From Balanoglossus misakiensis (taxonomy: Eukaryota; Animalia; Hemichordata), in the NCBI GenBank assembly GCA_040954595.2, contig CM082582.2:10097483-10161482 (forward strand): a stretch of DNA of 64,000 nt, in the 5' to 3' direction. Under the pieces are notes generated by a model. The model searched no databases. It was not told the origin of the DNA and saw only the letters and a list, made by a program, of their open reading frames with translations. The translations under genes and the position numbers were made by a program. Below are positions 39,066 through 51,867 of the stretch, one piece after another (the first letter of the stretch is position 1; each line of letters starts with the position of its first letter).

Positions 39066-42000
39066 CTATCGTTCTCCAGTGCCATAGTTAGCACCACCTG
39101 CCTTTATAACTTCCGCCCTGATGTTGGCTTCTTCGAGGTCTTTCAAGTCGCTAGTAAGTAGTTCCTTGGCAAAGGTCTGAAACAAATGAAATTAATTCAG
39201 AAATGTAAACTCATGTGCGACGCAGGTGTCAGTTGATATGTAGATTACATGACCAAAATTGACATGCCTGTCTGAAGTTTAATCATCTGAGATTGAGATA
39301 AAGTTAAAATGCGACGCCTTTTGCACTTTGTCAACGCTAGTTCGGCTCAAGCTGATGAGAATAAATGACGTCAAATTAAGCTCCTCCAAATGCTTTCATC
39401 TTGAACTAAATCACGCTCCTGCCAGGAGACAAAAGAGTGATTTATGTCGACAGGCGAAAGTGCATGGGAATTATTGGCTCCATACTAGAACGTTATGATT
39501 ATTGCAGTCAATACTGAACGATAACGAATTCATATTACAGTCATATATACGTACGTGACTGAGCTGCTGATTGGATGCGTCTCCGAACGAGCATGCGGCA
39601 GATTTCTCCCGTTTTAATGGGAATTAGACCGTGATAGCATATGGTTCGCGACGGAATTACTCAAAACGGCACAGTGCAACCCAGTCAGACGAATTTAAAC
39701 ACTGTGCCACACAAACTTTCATTACAGCAATTTTGATCAATTAGGCCTACACGATCATGATTCATTTTTACTGTGATGGGGCATAAAATTACCTCCTTAT
39801 ATAATAATATTTCAGTGTGGAAAATTAAATTGCGCGTGTTCGACAGAAATCATAGTACGGAATTTACATACGTCGTAGACAATCACCGTTGCAATTTTTC
39901 AATTATAACAGTAATGTCCGACTCGGATGCTTAATGGCTGTGCTGTTCGGCAAACAGCCTGACTGTATCTATGAGTCATCGAAGTCATATACGCGTTTTG
40001 TTCGTGTTTCGATTAAACAAAAAAGGTAAGAATCGACGGCTATGACGTCGGGGTCACCGAAGGTGATCAAAAATCTGACCTTATGGAAAAATTGAATCAC
40101 GACTGCGGAAACGTGTCCGCTTTTATATCTATGGGGACAAAAAATCGATTTAGGCCCAATCTGTCGGAGGGTTACTTTTTTATTTGTCGTAACTTATCTC
40201 TATTTATATAATGTTACTCATTGATATCATTATTTTATTTAGTGTTTTGATTCTAAAACACTGCAAAACAACTGGAAATATTTGCCGTTAAATTTGTTAG
40301 AACGATGGCAAAGGTCATAGAGACATATTATCCGCATATACCTGTACCGTGTTGCCAGGTACACCCGTGTGTGTATTGTCGTGTCGCACATTTTTAAAAC
40401 GTCAGTGTCAAATATCACACGTGGCACACCTCTGTTACGATGTCACCTTGACATCTGACACAGCTGGGCAGACTGGTACGGGAGATCACCGTTGCACGTA
40501 CGAATCCTGTCATATTTAATGCTCGTGTTTTAAAGGCTGTTTTAGTTCTTCTCCTCGGCGTGTCCGACAATTTTGTCGCAGGAGATGCGGCGTGTGAACG
40601 ACCAACATTGCAAAGGTAAAATTGCTCGGGGAATGACCACTGCGCGACACACCTGCATACATACGACATACATGCCATTTTTAAAGAAAAGCCCCAGAAT
40701 GTAGACACGTTGAAATATACGGGAACTCGACAACAGGGAGGACGTTAGGTCCTAAAGATTTATTTGCATCGGTAATGAAAACTATGTACCGCGATGTTAT
40801 TGGTGCTAAAAACGAACCATAATCTTTGCATTGCCTCCGGCGTTGTAGAGAAACCGGTGAGGGTCCGACATGTTATGCATACATACGGCACATAACTCAA
40901 ACTGATGAGGTTCAATAAACATTATAATGTTGACACCACCGTCAGGAAAAGGCAAATAGTTACGTCATTCAAGATGACCGCGAGCATGGTACCTGATCTG
41001 TCTGTGGGCATGTATGTAGTCAGAAATATATCGGTAAAATACGGGCTGGGCCTGAAGTAAACGAGGTGGAATATATTGATTAGCATTCAGTGGGCGGTTG
41101 TCAATTTCCTGTATGTTCCAGTTAATATTACACGTCATTAAGCAACCCGCCACCTTCTTTTGTGGGCCAAGCATCATAATTGCCATGAACACCACATCCT
41201 TCTCCAAGGTTCATTTCCTGTGAGAACCCCTGCAACTTACAAATGGCTTTGGGCGGTCGATGAAACGAACATTTGCGCAAAATACAGTTTCCTTTCAATT
41301 CTGTTTCGTGAAAGGGATATTGCCTGTCCGTTTCCTGCAGGTGTGCGGGTGTCAAAACGCGAGTTTACATCGGTATGTTGGAGATTGCACGGAATGATTT
41401 AAGAGCCCCATCAGCCGGGGTTATTTCCCTGAACGAATTTCATAAATCGCGATCGTTCAGTTAATATGGCACCATATATTATAACTTCCGTATATGAAGA
41501 CTCTTCAGAAATGTATATATATATCCCCGGGTTACCTAGAAACAACATACACTCAATGACAAGTATGGAAACGATGAAGTTTTGTTGAAGCAATATAGAC
41601 TGAAAGCTTTATACAGACGTCCAGTCATCGACATTTTTCTTAATTTTTTAGTTTTCACTGACTGTTCAAACTAAAACTATAAGACAGGCCAACTTTGGCA
41701 GGCAACGCACGGGCGCTGGTCACGCGCCTTAATCTGAGGAAACTACTTGTTCAAGTTGACAGAAACGAATCGAATAGACATTGGACCATAGCGGATGTCC
41801 ATGTCACGATCCATGTATGATTTCCCCATCACCTGCGGCATAGCTTCCTGATTAGATAAAGGCCAGAGACCGGGGGGGGGTCGGGAGTGGCGGCAATGTG
41901 ACCGTATATGACTGTACCAAGATGATTGCCACTATTAGTATTATACATCAAAATGCGTAACTTATTTCCTTGTCGAGATATTGCACGGTATCCAAGTCTA

Positions 42001-43277
42001 ACGCGTGTTCACCTTTGACACTGGTTAGCCTATACCGTAATTGATAATGCAGTCAAGATTAATTGTCGTTCTTGCAAATGTGCCTTCCGGCTGACAAGGT
42101 CGACCCCAGGGCCCGGAGCAAAGGTCACGGTTAACAATGTGACAGTCATTGACAAATGCAGAAAATACGCAAATGAGAAAACACAATACCTCGTGTTTTA
42201 CATGTAAATTCACTAAATGTAAAACCTATAGACCTAAAGAAGTAATTGAAACACATTGAGTTTTCATTTGGTTGTAGTAGTAGCTATAGTAGGCTATTGT
42301 CCGTCAGTCTCCATCTTCTCTCTCTCGCCCCTCCCTCCCTCCCTTCCCCCCTCTCTCTGTATCTTTCTTTTACCTGGATTACGTCTTTCACTCCTGCTTT
42401 GTCTGTGCTGACTTTAGCTTTCTTCAGGGGGCTGACCTCTGACCCAATCCAGGTGATGAGGGCGAACTTGGCTCGTCTACTCATCTCGTCGCCAGTAGTG
42501 ATGCGCACGAAGCCAAAAGCCCGCTCCTCATCTGCAAAGCAAGTGTGAAGTGTCGATAATTTATTCAGCTCGTTGTATAAACTAGCAAAATCAGCAAGTC
42601 GGCAACTTATAAGGCTGTCACGCTGATGAATATGGGGCAGTTTTTAAATTATAGTATATTTAAAATAGGTTGGTTCGGAGGGCGTCGGTGCTACTTCTTA
42701 AGAATTCTGACCAAGAGCCTGGTTGTCACAACTTGTGACTCAACCTTGTCACACAGTCACTGTATGCCTAGTATATAGAATGACACTCCCACTGTGGACA
42801 GAGGTCAAGATGAGTGTTTTGTGTCTCAAAGAACATACAGTACATATATTTCTCACCTGAGAATTTTTTCAGGAATTCTGAATATTCCGTCCCCGACGAG
42901 TCGTGTACGATTTTGTTGCCATCGTATTTAAACACTGCCCTGGAATATTAATTAACATATAAGTTTTAGATTCAGGGACATAATGAATGTTTCGTCTAGG
43001 TGTAATAGACAATGTCAGATCTTTTTTAAAACACATGAAACGTTACATAATACATGTCACAGTGAAGATTGGTCTTGTACATAGACGATTGGTGTCTGAA
43101 AACGTAAGCGCCATGAAATCTTACAAGCCGTGGGACTCCTATGTATTGTGCACCTAATTGAAACGTGACATCATCCATAGTCCCATAGAACAATGTATCT
43201 CACCATATCGTGTCCGATGAGTCCTCCCTGACATCGTTATACGCCGTGAACATAGCTTCCTTATCGACTGAAGACAT
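39066..43277 (-). CDS. COTL1: Coactosin-like protein (ADF-H domain), 141 aa, 4 exons
   Basis: Exons 43277-43204, 42939-42857, 42531-42374, 39176-39066 with matching phases. MSSVDKEAMFTAYNDVREDSSDTIWAVFKYDG...ERAFGFVRITTGDEMSRRAKFALITWIG...KAKVSTDKAGVKDVIQTFAKE...KAGGANYGTGER*. Confidence 0.96.
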
Positions 43278-44389
43278 ATTTAATGGTAGATCCAGAGAAA
43301 AACAAGCAGACGACGAGGATTTAGACGATCAAAGCCGGGAATCGTGGAGAGGTGGATATCCTGTGCCGTGCGAGAGCGAGCGAGCGACCGGCAAGTTGGA
43401 AAATTTGGCTATGAATGGGGAGGGGCCCGACCAGTCAGCGTTGAACGGAAAGCCGGTGATATTGATAAGCAGGGTGAGTCATGTGACCCATTGACTGATA
43501 CTAATCGACAGCCATCAGGTGAATGATATAACGGTGTGGACACGTGATGGGCTAAGCGGGAACGGCCTATCACATTTGCATAACAAAGCAGAGGTATAGT
43601 AATGTGACATGGACTGTGTGCTATTGTACTTTTCACTTTCAAGTTCACATAAGACTTTTGGGGGAAATACCAATATGTACAACGAGCAAGTTATCTTTTA
43701 TAACAACAAACTACTTTAAAACGATGTGTCTAGCTTCGAATGAATTTTCAAAGCGATCTTCTATTGTTGAAATGGTTTGCGTTGTTTTGCAACAGTCTGC
43801 TAATGGGTGTGATGATATGAACATTGTATCATTGTACGCGTCACGTCTCTGTGCAATCAAGCAATGTACATTTCCACAAGATTGAGTTATTCATTGTTGA
43901 ACATAAGCGGTTTGTGTTGCAAGTCTCTAATATCTAGGTATAAAACAGCAAAAGTAAATAATCGGGCCATTAAAGTAAAGTTCTATTAATGAAGTATCCG
44001 ACACTGGAAAATAATAAATTTTAATATATCAAACGTGATTTATTTTCCACTGCTCTAAGGTCATTGTGTAATAATACAAATCATGACAAAGCATAAAACA
44101 AGTTGTTGTCAGATTAATTTTATTAACGTTACAGACTGAAAGATATGTCATTCCAGGGCATGGTACCCCGTATTGATAAAACCATAGATTCTCTCACTCA
44201 AGGGTCTATGATGAAATTATCTGTGAGACGCGAGGGACCAGGTTCTCTTAGATGATGTACGTGAACATTCATAGTATACAGTTTTCTTTAGGACTATGGT
44301 CGGAAGCATAGAATGTATACAGTTCATTTTATACAAAATCGAATTCAAAGACGGGTTTTACAATTCATTTAAAAATACACAGAGTGTCT

Positions 44390-45186
44390 CTATCCATCAT
44401 CCTCCATCGCTGCCCTTTTCCTCTTCCTGTAGTTGGCCACCATTTCTGAAGTGGTGATCTTCATGGTTTGTCCTTTTTGCCACCGTTGGAAATCGTTTAG
44501 ACCTTGCTGGCCAGCTTTGAAGACAGATCTCTCGCTCTCGTCTAGTTTTGATGTCAGGTGTGATGTGTCTTCGTTGTAGGCGTTCTGTGAGGAGTCCATT
44601 ATTTTGCGAAATCGGGAAATAAAAGTCTGGAGAGAAAAAAGATCATACATTAAAATATAAAACAAACTGTAATTGACACAATTAGAGTTCAGTATTCTTA
44701 AGAACAATGTTCTCCATACATTTTAATTGGATCATGAAGGATTGTATAGTGTTTGTTGCCATAGCAATAGACCATAGTGCTTACCTGCAGTAATGATTCT
44801 GCAATATCCCTTACTTCCGGGTTGTCGAAATGGAGCAACTTCGTTCCGAACGCGTAGAAGTAGGGACCGTTTTTGTGTAGATCAACAACATTGGCGTCTG
44901 CTTTGAGAATTTCCCGGGTGGAGTCCTTGTAACACTTTGGCATTTCGACACTGACGATCCTCCGTCGCCTGGTGCACAGGGAGGAGGCTAACCAGAACGG
45001 GAGATCGAGTTTGGAGCCCGGCTGAATGTCCTTGCTGTCGGAGCTGGAGTCGAGGAACCCTAGTCGAATGATCGGCTGTTCCACCCTGCAAGGGATTTTC
45101 TCATGCGTCGCGAGAATATCGTCGATGCTGAAGTAATTATCTGCGCTGCTTCCGTACCGAGTGTACGAGTTACTCGACGACGACAT
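44390..45186 (-). CDS. GINS3: DNA replication complex GINS protein PSF3, 2 exons
   Basis: Exons 45186-44785 and 44626-44390. NYFSIDDILATHEKIPC, GSKLDLPFWLA, ADANVVDLHKNGPYFYAFG, LLQTFISRFRKIMDSSQNAYNEDTS, KITTSEMVANYRKRK. Confidence 0.96.
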
Positions 45187-45425
45187 TCTGAAGCACGCGA
45201 GTGTTTTAAAAGTGAAATATTAAGAATGAATCGCCATCACAACACAGACAGTTGAAACAGCCGCCAAATATGGTGCATGCCGGGTAATGTGAATCAGCTG
45301 CTTGGTGACCTTTGACACGATATGGCGACACACGTGAAAACACAACAACGTGTTGTGGATGTGGTTTTTGCAAGAATTTTTTAATTAGAGGAAAATTAGA
45401 CGCTCATTGAGATGGGACAAATGAA
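45187..45425. promoter_or_regulatory. Very short bidirectional promoter between GINS3 and RPUSD2
   Basis: Divergent ATGs are 240 bp apart (45186/45426). YY1-like CGCCAT/ATGGCG motifs (~45232, ~45321) and a CACGTG (~45331) are present. Confidence 0.7.
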
Positions 45426-48400
45426 ATGAGTAAAGGTGCTGCAATCTATTGTAGAAACGGATTCACGCTATTGAGGAAAAGTGTCAAAAATAACATTTTC
45501 ACTGTAAAAATGTCGTCGACCTCACTACAAGCAAGTCGACGAAGAAAGTACAGAAAAAGAACTCGGAGAACCAGTGGAGAAAGCGAGGTAAAGTGGAGAA
45601 ACATGGAGGCAGTATAATTACTAATAGTTCAGTGTTCCATCCAGGATTGTGTCAACCTGGGGGTGGGGGGGGGTGGGCGTGTCCCTTTTGCCAGAAATTG
45701 GGGGGGGGGGGGAGTGTTCCAACCTGGTAAGGGATCTCCAACATGTGAATGGCATCATTGGCTTAACAAGTTGCTAGGTAACGGGGTATGCCCACATGTG
45801 AAAACACATTTTTAACGTCATTTTCCCCTGATTTTCAGAGTAAGTTGGAAGATGGTGCTTCTTGTTCTGTTCCATCAGCTCATCCACAAAAGAAAACCAA
45901 GTTTTTTGATGAAGAGATGTACAATGAGACAAGTTACTATATGGAGAATGGTAAGGCAACTCTCAACCAGATATTTAAAGGGGCACATTTCCATATGGCC
46001 AGCTGCACATATGAGAGGATTCTAATAATTCATAGTGACTTTGTTTTGGCACAATCATTGTATTTATCCATACATTGCTGTTTGTTTATTTCTTTAGGTC
46101 TTCGCAAAGTCCACCCATACCATTACACCTTTGCAACTCACTGCAAGGGTCGCTGGGTGGGAATCACTCTACACGACGTCTTCAAGAGAGAATTCAGATC
46201 TGAATCCCCAGAATACTACGTAAGCTTGCTTACACACCCTCACCAACAGTCTGTAATTATCATCATCTATCTTGTCAAATCCAAGTGACATTACCAGCAA
46301 GGATTATGTCAGCTCTCATCTCAGTCCCACTAATGTGCACTGTGTCTGATGTTCATTTTATACAGGCAGCTGCTATTAATTCTGGTATGATCACAGTGAA
46401 CGGATGCAAAGCTGGTCTGGAGTACGTGATGAAAAACAACGATTTCATGCAGAGCAGGGTACATCGCCACGAGCCACCAGTGACTGGCAAACCAATTGAT
46501 ATCATTGAATGTAATGAGGATATATTGGTCATCAATAAACCAGCATCCATTCCAGTAAGTGAGACAGCAACATACTTATACAACATACAGGATCCCATGT
46601 TGCATCCAATACATATAAAACAGCAGCAACAGTTAAAGAAACCTTTTTTCACCATATACTTTTGATAACTTCCATGTTTGCACGTCAACATTTCATGGCT
46701 TTTGTATTTTACACTGAGTACTAAAGTACATGTATTCTTCTTTGAATTGACAGGTGCATCCATCTGGGAGATATCGTCACAACACAATCATGTTTCTGTT
46801 GGGAAAGGAACATAATTTTAGAAACCTTCACAGTAAGTGCCAGAGATACTATTATCAGTTGATTCTTGTATTATGAAAAATATCTCATCAAGATTGCAGT
46901 TCAATGACATATAGTATGTACATAGTGTCTCTCTGGATCACTAATACAATTCAAGTGATTCGAAAACATGCTATCTTTTTCAATCACAGCAATCCATCGT
47001 CTGGATAGGTTGACTTCTGGACTTCTCATGTTTGCAAGGTAAGAAACGTTAGTATTATTATTTTTAGTGGTCTTCAAATGAACCTAGACTGGTGGGTATA
47101 TTTATTCTGCAACCATGTATCAACTCCATGCCTTGAGAGACATGATGACTTTGAAGTATGATCACAATACAGTCAATTGTTCCTTCACAGATCTCTTGAG
47201 ATGTCCCAGAAACTTGACAGTTATGTCCGAGGCAGGCACCTGCAGAAGACCTATGTCAGCAGAGTGAGGGGAGAATTTCCAAGGTAAATACACTACAATC
47301 CCTTCCACCACAATGGTTTGGTCCAACTCCATTTTTCTCATTGGCACTGGTTCTCTCTATGTACAAAATAACTCATAGGACATATCACATGATGAACACA
47401 AGTTCCCTGTCTTTACATTGCAGCATTGCTGATATACCATGGCATTAAGAGTAAATTATTTTTTATTCGTTTAGTGAGCCAGTGGTGTGTTCTGAACCAA
47501 TCATCACGATGTCTCACAAGATAGGTGTCTGTAGAGTTAGTCCTGATGGTAAACCATGCAAGACTGAGTTCTACCGGATGAGTTACAATGGCACCAGCAG
47601 TGTTGTTAAATGTAAGTGACAACCATTATGGAATTCTCCGCTTTGTGGCAGTGATCATGATTAAATCTAAAGGCCTAGTGCTAGTCCGATCTTCACTTTG
47701 TCATTGCATTCCCATTCCATTCCAGGCTTACCACACACCGGACGAATGCATCAGATCCGAGTCCACCTTCAGTATCTAGGCTACCCAATCCTCAATGACC
47801 CCCTGTACACCAGCTCTGCCTGGGGACCCAACACTGGTAAAGGTGGAGTGATCGACAAGACGTGTGATGAGGTAGGGCTTGTGTCGGATGTATATCACAC
47901 TTGACGTTAATATATTCAGAATGAAACTGAATCTTTGTTTATTCCATTATATTTCCATAATAAAAAGCAGGTGGCTGTATTAAAATTGGATAATTTTTAT
48001 TTTTTTCCAGATTTTGGCAGATTTGATAGAAGCCCACAGCAGGGAGAATCAGGCCACTGTGATAGAAGATGGCACAGACTCACTGGCTGAGATCTTGCGT
48101 GGAAAAGTGAAGTCTACGGAAGTACAAGATGAAAGAGATCAAGACATCAAGGAAGCTGTGGCAGGTGAGGAAATGGAGAAGGCAGGTGGCAAGGGGGATG
48201 TGGAGACGGAATCGTGCGTAAAACGGGAAAGTGACAAAGGGGCGGATCGGGAAATGCCGGCAGCTGAGGGTGGTGTGGAGAAAGAGGGAGAAACGGGAAG
48301 GGCAGCGCGGGATCATGAAAAGGCGGACAGAAAGCAGGAAGCGTCAAGGGAGACGGTCGAGGCCGCGGAATGCGCTGAGAGTGAATGTGGCACCGAGGAA

Positions 48401-48963
48401 TTTAAATGCGACAGTGGCAGAATCGGAATGGGCGTGAATTCAACTGCAGATTCAGACTGCGTTTCAGCGGACACAGACACCAGACAAAACCCTATTGAGA
48501 TTCGGGAACAGAGTGAGAAATCGGCATGCACGCAAGGCGACGGTGATATAAATGCGTCGCAGCAAACTCAGCTGCAGAAGCTGAGTGAATGTGCAATGGA
48601 CCCACTGTGCAAGGAATGTAGATTGCGACACCGTGATCCTCTGCCACACGAGATGGTCATGTATCTTCATGCGTTGTCCTACAAGGTGAGTATCATGGCC
48701 TTCAGATTTTTATTGCTGTTGATACTGAAAGTGTGACAGACTCCCTTCATAGACGCAAAAACATGTGCAGTACCATACAAGTAATTAGCAGTGGTCTTTG
48801 AAAAGGTGTTAATTTTCACTAGTGTACTCATGCAACCTGTTCCTTTTTTCATGATCTTTTGAGGTGACAATAGACAACATATTTCTTGCAGGGTCCAGAC
48901 TTTGAGTATAGCACTCCGATGCCAGACTGGGCCAGCGAGGATTGGGAAGAACCCCAAAGCTAG
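45426..48963 (+). CDS. RPUSD2: RluA-family RNA pseudouridine synthase RPUSD2, 11 exons
   Basis: [59 protein letters not shown], catalytic [44 protein letters not shown]...[23 protein letters not shown]. Stop TAG at 48961-48963. The start may be 45426 or 45510. Confidence 0.93.
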
Positions 48964-51867
48964 TATGAAGATCGCCACCAATCAGACCTCATGAAGTTCT
49001 TTTGTTTACATACAGGATCAGCCCAGCCTACCTTTTTGGTGGGAGAGGGGCCTTGGATAATTAAAACTTGCGTGACAAATGAAACAAATTGTGTGTGAAC
49101 TCAACCCCTCCCTTATCAAAACTTTTCAAGGTGTGAAATGCAGCAAAACACATGCTTTGAACTTTCACATTCTAGCAACCTGACATCCCCTGACATTTCA
49201 CATACAATGCATGACACACATCATCCACAGCCACAAAGCTATTTCATAAAGATAAGGACAAACCACAAATTTGCTCTGACACGCAGTGACTATACTTTAT
49301 TCATTGTTGCAGCAAAAAAAAATGTAGCTATTACCACAATCCATTTAAGTCTGATGTAATCATTGTACAAGCAATGTAATTCATGGAATTAAAAGACAAT
49401 TACCTTTAATATAATGCAAGTGACTTGGTAAATTTAAACTCTCAATTTTCCCCAACTGATAAAACTCTTAAGCTCAGTCTCAAAATCTGTGAAAAACGTC
49501 AGAAAATAATAGAAAAAATGTACAAATCCTGTGCAGACTTGGAAGTTTGCATTTGATGCGTTTGCAATAAGTATTGTTGATTACCCTATGTTCAACCTCC
49601 CTTCAATTCTTAAATCTTTTCCTGGTGGTGGGTCATTCCATTCAAAAGGTGAGCAGGGGTGTGCACCATCTACTTCAATGGGCATCTTCACATTGGAGGC
49701 CATGAGCAATATTTTACACACAAGTTGTGCAAATTTATTTTTCTCTGCACCAAGGGCCATCAATTTTTTTTCTTGAAATTTTTAATTCATCAACTTGCTT
49801 TCTGTGCAAAAAAGTCTTTTTTTTTATCTGTTCCCGAACATGATACATTTCTCCAAAATTTCTCACTGGACTCTTGAAAATTTACACTTCAATAAGGATA
49901 TTTTGTCCTGCAAAATTAATAACTCTGAAAGTCTTATCTTCTGCACTGTGGTCTTTACAAAACTTACTCTAAGTGTACAAGACTGTTAAACTTGCCAAAA
50001 ATTCAGAAAATAATTCATTTTGGCTTATTTATGCCGACAGCATTGAGTTACCTTTTATATTGCAGACCTGGACTCTGCAGAACTACTATTGGCCGACAGG
50101 CCGTACTTTCCCGCTGTGATTGGTTCCTGCAACAACTACAACCAATCACAGCTCAGAAAACAACTTACACTTGAAATGACTATAAAGGCAGTTGGCAGGA
50201 AAGTAACAACATGGATATGCGAAATCTCAGCGAAGAAAAAATGTGGAACCAAATTTTCCAGTCGTGCGTGAACCCTAAATGTAATCAAGCATGTTTCGAT
50301 TTTAATAAAATGCCATAAACTATTGTCCAGTTACTTAAATTTTAACTGTAATTTTTTTGACAGATATAAATATCTTTGAGGTTGCTACAACTTTTTTATA
50401 TATTACACTTCTATCATAATTACATGAAGGGCACCATTAATGCACATGGGATGAGAAAATAATAATACAAAGTTCAAAAATTTATAAATAAAAAATAAAC
50501 TCGTAAATAGAAAGAACTGCAAAATAGACCTAAAATTCTGTGCGACTTTAAGCCAGTTAGCAAAGACATAAATCTAGAACTTCCCCAAATAATTCTCGCA
50601 TGGACAAGTAATACTTTCAAGATAAGTGACGACGGATGACGAAATGTACACAAATATGAAAGTGATTTTATTTTATTTTTTGTTTACCCCTACCAGCTAT
50701 TAGTTTTAAATAATGCATAATTGCTTCAATAAGATCTGTGAGAAACCGTCCCTTGTAAGTTATCATTTTCGCAGAATAATTCTGGAAATACAGAAGTGGC
50801 ACAGATTTTCAATATATTCATTTGGAACTTAGTCAGCAGTTGCTATGGTCTCTATTTCTTGGTAGTTGGAAAGTGAGCACATTTTGAGTTTCATCAGAAC
50901 TTTTTTTTCCACGGATAAACATGTTGTTTTTGTCAATGCAATGGGCTGAAAACATGCACACTCAAAGCATGGCTGTTTCACACACACAGAAAAACTGACT
51001 CCAATTTCTGACCCTTTACAGAAAACAACTCTGTCTATTCATCAAATATAAACCCGCTGTTAAACTGCATAAAATGTACATAAACTAGCCATTTTACTCA
51101 ATAATATCAGGGAACTATAACAGCACCATTTTTTTTCCTTCAGAGCAAATTCTTAACTTTACTCAGATCCGTTCAATTGTTGGCATTCCGACACTGCTAG
51201 TTAAAATGAAGAAAACCAAAACATAAAGAAAACTTTATGAAAAATGTACAAAGTACTGTAATGATAACATGCATGGTTGGTTGGTTACACCAGGTCACCT
51301 TGTAAAACTGAAAAGGTGGGTTAACAGGACTCTAACCCTGAACATGCTTTTGAACTACACCACTGTACATCATCGAATAGCATGGGAAACTATTGAATAG
51401 CATGGGAAACAACAAAGCTTTATACAGCGCATCTACACCCATGGCAGTTACTTTCAGAAAGTGAGAATTGTTCTTTTAACCCAAACCTACGGCAGCGAAT
51501 GTTTCTCTGCTACGCAACCTGGAAGTACCTCTACGCACTAGAGGATGTTCCTACAAACAACAATTGACGATGGAAAGTTGTTAGCACTAGGGGGCCGGCA
51601 CAACTATATATACGCACACAAGACATAAAAAAGACAAACAAAAACATGGCATGTTACAGTGGACAGGACAATATGATGAGATAGTACAGACATCTAAAGG
51701 CTAATGATACCGTGTGTGTGATGTAAGCAATTCACCGTTTCTAAAATCGGCGTATTTTTGTAGCTCCCGTTTTCTATATATGCGTATATAGCGGAGAGAG
51801 CTGATATCTTATGAGTAGAAATCTTTCTACAAAGGCAAGGAATATGTTTGTTTTTTGTTTTGTGCTT

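Noticed and set aside
43210-43648. ORFs overlapping the coactosin start and promoter
   Set aside because: They are antisense or shadow frames of coactosin exon 1 and its GC-rich promoter.
49950-50280. Repeat-like CpG-containing segment in the dynein LIC 3' region
   Set aside because: It resembles a DNA-transposon remnant, but I could not find paired TIRs or a TSD.
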